A stretch of DNA of 36,324 bases from Deltaproteobacteria bacterium (GTDB lineage: Bacteria; CG2-30-53-67), in assembly GCA_013151235.1 (NCBI GenBank), contig JAADIO010000059.1, forward strand, positions 1-36,324, read 5' to 3'. Shown here one piece after another: positions 1-8,917 of the stretch. Each line of letters begins with the position of its first letter. Position 1 is the stretch's first letter. The notes beneath the pieces are model-generated. The model saw only the letters and a list, made by a program, of their open reading frames with translations. It searched no databases and was not told the DNA's origin. A program made the translations under genes and the position numbers.

Positions 1-118
1 GAACGGTGTAAGTGATTGATATTCCGTTCGTGTGGTTCGGCAAGTTTAATGGACCGTTCGTGGTGAGCCTGTCGAACCATGAACGGAATCCAGAAAACGA
101 CTTTTTACGACTTCATCA
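1..118. repeat. REP/MITE-like palindromic element (partial, runs off left edge)
   Basis: Hairpin ccgttcgtggt-gagcctgtcga-accatgaacgg (54-86); 22-44 is an imperfect inverted copy of 68-88; IHF-consensus TATCAATCACTTA on minus strand at 9-21; gactttttacga at 99-110 recurs at 26159-26170. Confidence 0.65.
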
Positions 119-130
119 AAGGAGATCCTG

Positions 131-622
131 ATGAAATTTCGTACTTTTCTGTCCATCCTCCTGTTGCTGGCCTTTGCTTCCGCCTCCCAGGCAGTCATCT
201 ATAAATGGGTAGATCATCAGGGGGTCGCTCATTTCACCGACGCCCAGGAAAAAATCCCTACGGCCTACCGGAACGAGGCGGTCGATTTCAACCGGGTCAA
301 GGCCGCGGGAAGTGTTACATACGATCCGGCCTCCGGAAAGGGTACGTCGTCACAGCCCCCATCGGTCGAGAAAGCCGCAAAAAACCCCACGGTAATTCTC
401 TACATGACCGACTGGTGACCCCACTGTACGGAAGCGAAGAGGTACTTCGCGAAGAACAATATCCCGTACAGGGAGGTCAACGTGGAAAAAAGCGAGCAGG
501 GCAGACAGGAGATGCTGCAGAAAAGCGGCGGATTCAGAGGGATCCCGTTGATCGACATCAACGGAACAATTCTGCGGGGCTTTTATCCCGACGCTGTGGA
601 ACGGGCACTGAAAGCACACTAA
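131..622 (+). CDS. Selenoprotein: signal peptide + DUF4124 + glutaredoxin/NrdH-like domain, Sec at codon 96 (UGA 416-418), 163 aa
   Basis: RBS aaggag before ATG131. N-terminal signal peptide, then IYKWVD-x2-G-x2-HFTD (DUF4124-like). The frame stays open past TGA: ...VILYMTDW-U-PHC-TEAKRYFAKNNIPYREVNVEKS...GIPLIDINGTILRGF...KAH-TAA(620-622), a complete Grx-type domain with UxxC and the cis-Pro motif. Confidence 0.9.
419..450 (+). promoter_or_regulatory. Bacterial SECIS-like hairpin
   Basis: Perfect stem GCGAAG(434-439)/CTTCGC(445-450) with a G-containing AGGTA loop beginning 22 nt after the UGA, consistent with bacterial SECIS geometry. Confidence 0.75.
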
Positions 623-679
623 TCTCCGCCCAACGGAGGATCTCTCCTGTATATCTGATTCTTCTCCGGGAGGGCCGGA

Positions 680-1771
680 ATGCCGGCAATATCAAAAGTT
701 ACGATGTTCTTCTGCCTGTTCTTCACCCTGATCGGACTGCCGGTTTCCGCCCTCCCGCTGAAAGCGGCATCGTCCCTTCCCGACCTCATCTCTCTCTCTC
801 CCACCCTGCCGCAGATTCTCGGATGCGGGTTTCTGCTCATCCTGGGGATCGTGATCATTTTCTATCTCCGGTATCGGCAGATACAAACAATTCGAACCCT
901 GCGCCGTCATGCCGAAAGGGTCGCCGATGGAGATTTCAATCCCCGGGTCCCCCTTCAGCACCACAATGAACTTGGACGGCTGGCAGAGGCCTTCAACCGG
1001 ATGGCCGACGCCATGGAAGAGCGGACACAGGCCCTCACGAGAACCAACCGGGAGCTCAAAGACCAGGATGCCCGGAAGACCCGATTCCTCGATGTCGTCG
1101 CCCATGATCTGCGCACCCCCCTCACCTCCATCAAGGCCTATTCGGAACTGCTGTTGCGATATCCGGATGAATCTCCTGAAACGCAGAGGGAATTCCTCAA
1201 TATCATTCAGAAGGAATCGGACCGGATGGCGGCCCTCATCAATGACTACCTCGATCTGACCAAGCTGGAAAGCGGCATCCTCTCTTATCATTTCCGGAAA
1301 GTTAAGCTGGACGATATGATCCATGAATCGGTCCGGGTCCACCAGGCGGAATGCCGGCTCAAGGAAATGGAGATCATTCCGATGATCGACGGCCCCCTCC
1401 CCCCTCTCCGGGCCGATCCCGATCGATTAAACCAGGTCTTCACAAACCTGATCCATAACGCCATCCATCATTCCCCCCCAAAAGGGAAGATCACCATTTC
1501 CGCCTCCGTAAAAGAGGAGAACGGAAACACATGGATCGAAGTCGCAGTTGCCGATGAGGGACCGGGGATCCCCGAAGAATATCATGGGATGATCTTCGAC
1601 AAATTCCGTCAGATCGACACCACCAAACTGCCTACGAAAGGCGGGGTCGGTCTCGGCCTCCCGATCTCGAAGGAAATTCTTCGACGCCATCAGGGAACGA
1701 TTCGGGTCGACCCGGACAATCAGCGGGGGGCCTGTTTCCGGTTCCGTCTCCCGCTTTCCTTCTCCGATTGA
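680..1771 (+). CDS. Sensor histidine kinase (2 hydrophobic segments, HAMP, HisKA, HATPase_c)
   Basis: HAMP (ELGRLAEAFNRM), H-box VAHDLRTPLTSI, N-box QVFTNLIHNA, DEGPGI, GGVGLGL. Confidence 0.93.
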   Translation: MPAISKVTMFFCLFFTLIGLPVSALPLKAASSLPDLISLSPTLPQILGCGFLLILGIVIIFYLRYRQIQTIRTLRRHAERVADGDFNPRVPLQHHNELGRLAEAFNRMADAMEERTQALTRTNRELKDQDARKTRFLDVVAHDLRTPLTSIKAYSELLLRYPDESPETQREFLNIIQKESDRMAALINDYLDLTKLESGILSYHFRKVKLDDMIHESVRVHQAECRLKEMEIIPMIDGPLPPLRADPDRLNQVFTNLIHNAIHHSPPKGKITISASVKEENGNTWIEVAVADEGPGIPEEYHGMIFDKFRQIDTTKLPTKGGVGLGLPISKEILRRHQGTIRVDPDNQRGACFRFRLPLSFSD

Positions 1772-1847
1772 TCACCCGGTTTGACGAAATGCCCCTTCTC
1801 TGATTCACTATAACCGTACATGAACTCCGGCAAGGCGGAATGCCGCT

Positions 1848-4082
1848 ATGATAACGCAAATGAAATGGGTAACAATCACCCTTGCCATGATCCTGTTGGC
1901 GGGCACGCCCTCTATCAGGGAACAAAATGCCGGGAAAAACGGAGAGGGGAAGATCATGGAGACTCATGGAAAAACACCGAATCACCTAATCCGCGAAAAA
2001 AGCCCTTACCTCCTTCAACATGCCTGGAATCCGGTGGAGTGGTATCCCTGGGGGGAAGAAGCCCTCACCCGGGCAAAGAAGGAACATAAGATCATCTTTC
2101 TCTCCATTGGATATTCCACCTGTCACTGGTGTCATGTCATGGAGAAGGAATCCTTCGAAAATGAGGCGATCGCAGCCCTGCTCAACGATAATTTCATCTG
2201 TATCAAAGTCGACCGGGAGGAGCGACCCGATCTGGATCAGATCTATATGGCCGCCGTACAGGCAATGACCGGAAGCGGCGGCTGGCCGCTCAACGTTTTC
2301 CTTACACCGGATTTGAAACCTTTCGCGGGGGGGACCTATTTCCCTCCGGAGGATACACCCTGGGGGCAGATCGGAATAGAAACCCTTTTGACCCGGGTTG
2401 CCGATTTGTGGCGTGAAAATCCGGAAACGGTTGTAGAAAATGCGGAAAGATTGACACAGGCAATCCGCAACGCTCGGGAAAAAGGTCCCAGCGGCAAGAT
2501 TTCCGCCGCCTTGTCCCGGCATGCCTATGAATCAATCGCAGAAAATTATGACAACCTCTATGGAGGGTTTGGCCCGGCCCCCAAATTCCCACAGGGAATG
2601 ACCCTCTCCTTTCTGCTCCGTTATCACCACCGCACCGGAAATCCGACAGCCCTCTCCATGGTGGAAAAAACACTACAGAAGATGGCACAGGGAGGAATAT
2701 ACGACCAGTTGGGAGGAGGTTTCCACCGTTACTCCACCGACGAACGCTGGCTCGTTCCTCATTTCGAGAAGATGCTCTACGACAACGCCCTCATGGCCCA
2801 GGTCTATCTGGAGGCCTTCCAGGTCACGGGCTTTGAAAAATACTCCACAACTGCCCGTGAAATCCTTGACTATGTATTACGTGACATGACGGCACCTGCG
2901 GGCGGGTTTTACTCCGCCGAGGACGCCGACAGTGAAGGAGAAGAAGGTACCTTTTACGTCTGGACACCAAAGGAGGTAGAGGAAGTGCTGGGAAAGCAGA
3001 AAGGGAGCATCTTCAACCGGTTTTACGGCATCTCTCCCCCCGGGAATTTTACGAAAGGGAAGAGCATTCCGAACCGATGGATCGATGAAGCGAGTTTTGC
3101 CAAAGATCGGAAGATCCCCTTGACGGAACTTCGGGACATCCTCCTCCACGGGAAAAAGAGGCTGTTCCAGGCACGGACAGAGCGCGTTCGCCCCCGCCGG
3201 GACGACAAGATCCTCACCGCCTGGAATGGAATGATGATCGGCGCCCTTGCCTATGCGGCAGAGGTCCTGGATGAACCCCGCTATGCCCGTGCCGGGGAGA
3301 AGTCAGCCCGGTTTATCATGAAGAATCTTATGGAGGGGAAGGACCTCCTCCGGCGCTACCGGGACGGGGAAGCAAGATACCCCGGCTATCTTGATGACTA
3401 TGCCTTTTTTGTTCAGGGTCTGATCGAGCTCTACCAGGCCACCTTCAATCCCGAATGGATCACGACGGCCCTTTCATTAAACCGGAAAATGGTGGAGCGT
3501 TTCTACGACCCGAAGGAAGGAGGATTCTTTTTTGCCCGTGAAGAGGACCCCACCCTCCTGACCCGGAACAAAGAGTTCCACGACGGCGCCAAACCAGCGG
3601 GAAACGCCATCGCCCTGCTGAACCTCTTGCGTCTTGCAGAATTCACCGGCAGGAAGGATTTACGGGGGATGGCGGAGAAGACCTTGAAGGGGATGACGGC
3701 CGGAATCAAGGAATTTCCCGCTGCTTTCCCGCAAAGCCTGACGGCCCTGGAATTTCTCCTCTCCTCCCCCTTTGAGATTATCGTGGCGGGATCACCAAAA
3801 AATGAGGAGACCCATGCACTGATCCAGGCCGTCACCGCTCCCTTCGTTCCAAACAAAGTCGTCGCCCTGGCCGGAGAGAAGAAAAGCAATCTCGTAAAGA
3901 CACTACCCTTCCTGACGGGAAAAACAAGCATCCAGGGAATACCGGCCGTCTATATCTGCAGGAACCACACCTGTCAACGTCCCCTGACCGACCCGGTGGA
4001 GGTGGACAGAGCCATGAAAAACAGCGGAATGGTTCAGGGACCGGCCCTGCGGATCTCGATCGGAACCTCTTCGGAAAAGTGA
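1848..4082 (+). CDS. YyaL/SPATA20-family protein (DUF255 thioredoxin-like + alpha/alpha-barrel domain)
   Basis: [62 protein letters not shown]. Start may instead be the Met at 1956. Confidence 0.93.
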   Translation: MITQMKWVTITLAMILLAGTPSIREQNAGKNGEGKIMETHGKTPNHLIREKSPYLLQHAWNPVEWYPWGEEALTRAKKEHKIIFLSIGYSTCHWCHVMEKESFENEAIAALLNDNFICIKVDREERPDLDQIYMAAVQAMTGSGGWPLNVFLTPDLKPFAGGTYFPPEDTPWGQIGIETLLTRVADLWRENPETVVENAERLTQAIRNAREKGPSGKISAALSRHAYESIAENYDNLYGGFGPAPKFPQGMTLSFLLRYHHRTGNPTALSMVEKTLQKMAQGGIYDQLGGGFHRYSTDERWLVPHFEKMLYDNALMAQVYLEAFQVTGFEKYSTTAREILDYVLRDMTAPAGGFYSAEDADSEGEEGTFYVWTPKEVEEVLGKQKGSIFNRFYGISPPGNFTKGKSIPNRWIDEASFAKDRKIPLTELRDILLHGKKRLFQARTERVRPRRDDKILTAWNGMMIGALAYAAEVLDEPRYARAGEKSARFIMKNLMEGKDLLRRYRDGEARYPGYLDDYAFFVQGLIELYQATFNPEWITTALSLNRKMVERFYDPKEGGFFFAREEDPTLLTRNKEFHDGAKPAGNAIALLNLLRLAEFTGRKDLRGMAEKTLKGMTAGIKEFPAAFPQSLTALEFLLSSPFEIIVAGSPKNEETHALIQAVTAPFVPNKVVALAGEKKSNLVKTLPFLTGKTSIQGIPAVYICRNHTCQRPLTDPVEVDRAMKNSGMVQGPALRISIGTSSEK

Positions 4083-5605
4083 TCAAAATATTCCTTGAAT
4101 TGTCCTACAAGTTCCCGTGCCCGGGTGTCATAGAGTCCACGGTCTTTCCACAATTGCCGGGGATCCAGAAACTCCGGCGGAAGACCTTCACAAACCTCGG
4201 GAACCTCGAACCCGAAAACCGGCTCCTTCCGCATGGGCACGGAATCGAGTTTGCCCGACAGAACAGCCCGGACAATGGCACGGGAATGCTCAATCCCGAT
4301 CCGGTGCCCCTCGCCGAGTGGACCGCCTGTCCACCCGGTATTGATCATCCAGCACTGCACATGGTGCCTGGCAATCTTTTCACCCAGGATTCTTGCATAG
4401 ACCAAGGGGGAAAGGGCCAGAAAGGGGGCTCCAAAACAGGGATTAAAGGTGGGCACCACTCTCCCCTCTTCAATTTCAGAGGTGTATCCCAGCAGATAAA
4501 AATAAAGAGCCTGTTCCGTATTCAGGCAGGCCACAGGCGGCATAACCCCCGAGACATCTCGGGTCAGCATGAAGAGATGTTTCGGATGGGCACCCCGGCC
4601 GGAGGCCACGGCATTCTCAATGGCCGTGATATGGTAAGCGGCCCGGGTATTCTCCGTTAAAGCCGTATCGGAAAGATCGATCCGTCGCGTCTCCATATCG
4701 ATGGTCACATTTTCCAGAACGGTGCCAAACCGTTCCACACAGGCCTGGAGAGCAGGATTTTTTTCGATGGTCAATCCCGCCACCCGACTGTAGCAGCCTC
4801 CTTCGAAATTAAAAACTCCGTCATCGGACCAGCCGTGTTCATCATTCCCGATGAGACGCCTCCCCTCCACCAGGGCAAGGGCCGTCTTCCCCGTCCCCGA
4901 GAGCCCGAAGAAAACCGCCACATCGTTTTCATCGTCACAACCGGTATTCACTGCACAGTGCATGGGAAGGATGTTCCCCTCCGAAAGGAAGGCATAATTC
5001 AAGATGGTAAAGGAGGAACGCTTGATCTCTCCGGCATAGCTCGTCCCCCCGATGAGGATCATCTTCTCCCCGAAGTTTACAATGACAAAGGTTTCGGAAT
5101 GGGTCCCGTCGAACTCGGGAAAGGCATGGAACCGGGGGACGTCGATGATCGTACACTCCGGCTCATGGTGGGTCAGTTCTTCGGGATCGGTACTCTGTAT
5201 AAACAGGTTGCGGGCATAGAGGCTGTGCCAGGCGTTTTCCGAGATCACCCGGATCGGGACCCGGTACTTCGGGTCGGCCCCGGCATAGCAGTCCTGGACG
5301 AAGATATCCTTCCCCTGGAGGTAGGCCTTGAGGCGGTTATAGAGTGAATGAAAATGGTCCTCCTCGAAGGGTTTGTTGGTCTTGCCCCAGAGGATATGGC
5401 TGGGGTTGGCCGGGTCCCGGACCACATACTTGTCTTCACGGCTCCGTCCCATATGGTGCCCCGTCCGGACCACGATCGGCCCCTTGTGGGCCACGAGCCC
5501 CTCCCGCCGTTTGACGATCTCTTCATAGAGCGCCCCCGTGGGGAGATTCCAGTAGATGTTCCCGACGTTACGGAAACCGAGTTTCTTCATCTGGTCATTG
5601 TTCAT
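4034..5605 (-). CDS. pckA: Phosphoenolpyruvate carboxykinase (ATP)-family protein with atypical active-site residues
   Basis: [58 protein letters not shown] motifs. Confidence 0.88.
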   Translation of the reverse strand: MNNDQMKKLGFRNVGNIYWNLPTGALYEEIVKRREGLVAHKGPIVVRTGHHMGRSREDKYVVRDPANPSHILWGKTNKPFEEDHFHSLYNRLKAYLQGKDIFVQDCYAGADPKYRVPIRVISENAWHSLYARNLFIQSTDPEELTHHEPECTIIDVPRFHAFPEFDGTHSETFVIVNFGEKMILIGGTSYAGEIKRSSFTILNYAFLSEGNILPMHCAVNTGCDDENDVAVFFGLSGTGKTALALVEGRRLIGNDEHGWSDDGVFNFEGGCYSRVAGLTIEKNPALQACVERFGTVLENVTIDMETRRIDLSDTALTENTRAAYHITAIENAVASGRGAHPKHLFMLTRDVSGVMPPVACLNTEQALYFYLLGYTSEIEEGRVVPTFNPCFGAPFLALSPLVYARILGEKIARHHVQCWMINTGWTGGPLGEGHRIGIEHSRAIVRAVLSGKLDSVPMRKEPVFGFEVPEVCEGLPPEFLDPRQLWKDRGLYDTRARELVGQFKEYFDHFSEEVPIEIRRAGP

Positions 5606-5847
5606 GAATTTCCGCGTTCCTTCCTTTCTGCGATGCTCGGCTTCATGGAGGGGACCCCGCTCCCCCTCCGGGGGAGTTAGGAAAAACCTCTCCCAGGTCT
5701 ATCGGTTCGCAATACATTTAAGGGAGTGCCCTGTTTTTTCTTTGTGCCTCTGCCCCTCTGCCTCTTGCTCTTGCCTTCCCCGTGCCCCCGTGCCCCCCGT
5801 GGTCAATGGCTTTTGACTTTGCCTCTGTACCTTTGTCGTTGCGTTGT

Positions 5848-5876
5848 AATTTATGCAAGAAGAAAGAGGATGTCAA
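5848..5876 (-). promoter_or_regulatory. Putative sigma70 promoter of pckA
   Basis: TTGACA-N17-TAAATT on the minus strand. Confidence 0.5.
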
Positions 5877-5877
5877 T

Positions 5878-5913
5878 AAAAATCCCCGGCGGGAAAAAAC
5901 CCCGACGGGGATT
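5878..5913 (-). terminator. Intrinsic terminator after the FadL-like gene
   Basis: aatccccggcggg...cccgacggggatt hairpin followed by a T-run on the minus strand. Confidence 0.75.
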
Positions 5914-5942
5914 GGTCGGAACCGAAAACAACCGCAACCCGA

Positions 5943-7304
5943 TCAGAACCGGTAGGAAAGCTGAAGGTCAATGCTGTCTTCCACCAGTTGGATGCGGGTC
6001 TTGCTGGTCGCCGCAAATCCAAGGTTCTGGTACGCCTTGGGCACATCCTTCTTCCCGGAAAGATCTCTTTTGAAGGCATGCATATAGGCCGCCGCAATGC
6101 CCCAATGGTCACCCAGATTATAGCTCGCGCCAAGACTGGCGTGCTGCTCTACCGTGACGGGGAGGGCAACATTATTAAAGACGTCCGCTTCGTTGATGGG
6201 AGACTTGGCATATTCATATCCGGCCCGAACCGTCAGGGCATCGTTGACGGCATAGCGCCCACCGAGGGCGAAAACCCACTGGTCATCCCAGCCGAAATTC
6301 AGGTCAATACTGCTGGGGTGGTCGATCACTGTTCCCAAACCGTTTTTCCGTACGAAATTGCCGGAGAGTTTAACGGCGTCGTGGGTGGCGGACCAGTTGA
6401 TCCATTTGACGTCGAATTCCAGCGTCAGTGCCTCCAGGGGGGTCACGGCAACACCGAGGGCAAACTGCTGAGGAAATTCAAGATCAAGCTTTACCGTCCC
6501 TGGAGACTCCACGGAAGCAAGATAACCACCGGAAGCAAGATTCTTGACATCACTGTCTCCAATACGATATTTCATTTCCGGTAAGTACTGCCTCGATGTG
6601 TAGGAACCGCCGACGGTAATCATGTCGTTTATCTTGTAGATCGCCCCGATGTTGGCGCCCAGACCATAGACACCTTCTGCCCGCCCAAGGTCAAGATTGA
6701 TTCCACCTAATGACGGAGCAGCAAAGGTCTCCTGGATATCGAGGAGCTGCCAGTCGATGCTGACACCGGCGCCGACGGACAACCGTTCATTCACGTTCCA
6801 GGCAATCGCCGGCTGGACCTTGGCAAAGATAAAGGTGGAGGAAACACTGGCGTCCTTAAATGCTCCTCCAGCGTCAATCACATCGTAGTCAACTCCAAGA
6901 CCTCCCGTTGCGAAAAAACCACCCCCGAAGAAGACATCGTCCCGATTGAAGGCCGGGGCCGTCCAGCCGAGGGCCGGCAGGGCGTAAAGTTCGGAGCCGC
7001 CTCCCGTCTCTTCACCGGGACCGGCAAAGGCCGAGGGAGAAACAGGTAGATCTGTAAAATCGAGCTGACGCCGTGGCATAAAAAATTCACCGTTGAAGTC
7101 GGCCCGGCTCCCGATAGTCGCCATGCCTGCAGGGTTGGAGATCGCAGTAATGGCATCTTCCGGCACTGCCGTCACGGCACCGGCCATCCCCTTCTGGGTG
7201 GCCCCGACCCCGATCAACTGGGCGCCGTTGGTGGCAAAGGCATTAAAGGGAAAGAAAAAACTTAAAGATAAAACAAATGCAGCAAACATCATAAAGCGTT
7301 TCAT
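5943..7304 (-). CDS. OmpP1/FadL/TodX-family outer-membrane channel
   Basis: Signal peptide (AFA-TNG), GMAGA..A..DA..A..NPAG hatch motif, amphipathic beta-strands, W.DQW...G..Y, C-terminal YRF. Confidence 0.92.
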   Translation of the reverse strand: MKRFMMFAAFVLSLSFFFPFNAFATNGAQLIGVGATQKGMAGAVTAVPEDAITAISNPAGMATIGSRADFNGEFFMPRRQLDFTDLPVSPSAFAGPGEETGGGSELYALPALGWTAPAFNRDDVFFGGGFFATGGLGVDYDVIDAGGAFKDASVSSTFIFAKVQPAIAWNVNERLSVGAGVSIDWQLLDIQETFAAPSLGGINLDLGRAEGVYGLGANIGAIYKINDMITVGGSYTSRQYLPEMKYRIGDSDVKNLASGGYLASVESPGTVKLDLEFPQQFALGVAVTPLEALTLEFDVKWINWSATHDAVKLSGNFVRKNGLGTVIDHPSSIDLNFGWDDQWVFALGGRYAVNDALTVRAGYEYAKSPINEADVFNNVALPVTVEQHASLGASYNLGDHWGIAAAYMHAFKRDLSGKKDVPKAYQNLGFAATSKTRIQLVEDSIDLQLSYRF

Positions 7305-7428
7305 GTCCGCCCTCCTTGAATGATTTTCCTGCTACATAAAAAAACAAACAAACCCCGCGTCTTGACTTTTCGGTTCCTCAATCACCCCCTTTGCCTGTAT
7401 CGGAAATAGAATAATGTCCTCCGTGAAC

Positions 7429-7445
7429 TGCATTTCTCATGCCGT
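7429..7445 (-). promoter_or_regulatory. Putative sigma54 (-24/-12) promoter of the FadL-like gene
   Basis: Minus strand CGGCATGAGAAATGCA = GG-N10-GC, about 125 nt upstream of the ATG. Confidence 0.5.
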
Positions 7446-7700
7446 TTCTTATAATCGCCTAAGTTATATCGCCTATCCGGATGAATTGTAAAGCTTTTTC
7501 AACCTTCCCCTCTTTGGATCCCTCGATTCACGATACAGCACCAAGACAGCATTCCGCACGATCATGAGGAATCTTTTTCCCAAAAGAGGAAAAATTTTTC
7601 CACTTCCCCTCACTAAAGTAGCCCTATTCGTAAATACGGTGACATTTGAGTGCCGCAGAGCGGCCCTCTCGGTGCGTCACAGTATTTACGAACAGAACCA

Positions 7701-8750
7701 CTAAGGATATCCAATAATCCCCAAAAGCGATTTATAGATCCGCCCTGAAAAATTAGGGTCCCGAGCCATAAAAGCAGCCCCGGTCCTGAAAGGGTCATCC
7801 CAAAGGTAGAACCGCATCCGCCAGAACTGATCCAGGATCCCGATCCGGATTTCCCCCTTTTCCACATAGACCAGGATCTCAACAGGAAACTGGGTCAAAT
7901 GATACAGGCCGCTGCAGGAGTCCGGATCCCGGGATGAAGGCCATTTCAGCCCGGTATAGTTCAGTGTCAGGTTTTCGATATGGCGGTTCGTCACTCCCAT
8001 GAGGCAGGCCCGGTCGGCAATCATATCCCGATATACCGGGTGCCAGCCGTTCATGTTGATCCGCATTCCCTTCTCCAGACGGTCGCAGACCTTCTTGATG
8101 GCCCCCGCCGGATCTCCCGTAAGGGGAATGTGCCGGATTACATCAAACTGATCCTGCATCCCTCTCCAGAAAAAGCGTATGTCCCGGTCGTTCCGGACCG
8201 GCGGGAGCTGTTCCGTCAGGATTGTCCCTTCCATCCCCTTGATGCAGAAGGTCACCAGGTCCTTCTTCACCACATTGGCCATCGCCACCATCTTGTCCTG
8301 CTCCGCGAAGGGAAGATCTGCGAAAAAGACCTTTGCCAGCAGCTCGGGGTTCGTAAAAACCACAACCACCGTTTCTCCTTTCCGGTAGACACCGATCCGG
8401 ATCGGAAGAAACATCAGGTAGCGGGCCCCCTCCGCGAGAACCGCCCGGTCGTAGTCCTCATTCCGAATCAGGTAGACCCGGGCCCGAGTCCCACAGGCGC
8501 TGGGAATGTCGAGGTCCCAAAAGGTGATGATTTCCCAATCCGACTGCTGCACATTCGATTCGATCCGGCGGCAGACCGAATCGAAGGGGGCCTCCATCTC
8601 CAGCGCCTTCTGGTAGAGTCCATAGCTCTTTCCCGGGTCAAGACGTTCCTTGATATCACGGCGAAAATCTTTCAGGAAGGCCCGGGCGGAAAGAGGGAAA
8701 CATTGCAGGAGTAGTAAGCACGCAAGGAGAAAGGAGAAAATCGATCGCAT
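7701..8750 (-). CDS. Exported protein, tandem DUF302-like domains (paralog of 8918-9976)
   Basis: Signal peptide; LPIRIGVY..NP and FPVEILVY repeats resemble DUF302; shares YQKALE, RIGVY, NP..LA.V.F and WRM..Y.WD with its neighbour. Confidence 0.7.
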   Translation of the reverse strand: MRSIFSFLLACLLLLQCFPLSARAFLKDFRRDIKERLDPGKSYGLYQKALEMEAPFDSVCRRIESNVQQSDWEIITFWDLDIPSACGTRARVYLIRNEDYDRAVLAEGARYLMFLPIRIGVYRKGETVVVVFTNPELLAKVFFADLPFAEQDKMVAMANVVKKDLVTFCIKGMEGTILTEQLPPVRNDRDIRFFWRGMQDQFDVIRHIPLTGDPAGAIKKVCDRLEKGMRINMNGWHPVYRDMIADRACLMGVTNRHIENLTLNYTGLKWPSSRDPDSCSGLYHLTQFPVEILVYVEKGEIRIGILDQFWRMRFYLWDDPFRTGAAFMARDPNFSGRIYKSLLGIIGYP

Positions 8751-8847
8751 GATGCCTCCGAAAGATTGGTTCGTCGAAATGCAGCACAGAGGCTGAAAAA
8801 ATCAATGATTATAAAACAAACGGACTTTTTAAGGTGTGTCGGAGAAG

Positions 8848-8877
8848 AAAAACCCCTGCCGGAATTACCGGCAGGGG
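8848..8877 (-). terminator. Intrinsic terminator between the two paralogs
   Basis: Perfect 10-bp stem cccctgccgg/ccggcagggg, 5-nt loop, T-run on the minus strand. Confidence 0.8.
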
Positions 8878-8917
8878 GAGAATTAAAGATGCAACAGGTT
8901 TCATCCCGCCGGGAAAA

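Noticed and set aside
131-418. 95-aa stand-alone DUF4124 protein as given by the ORF track
   Set aside because: The TGA falls in a Grx active-site motif with an open downstream frame and a SECIS-like hairpin, so Sec read-through explains it better.
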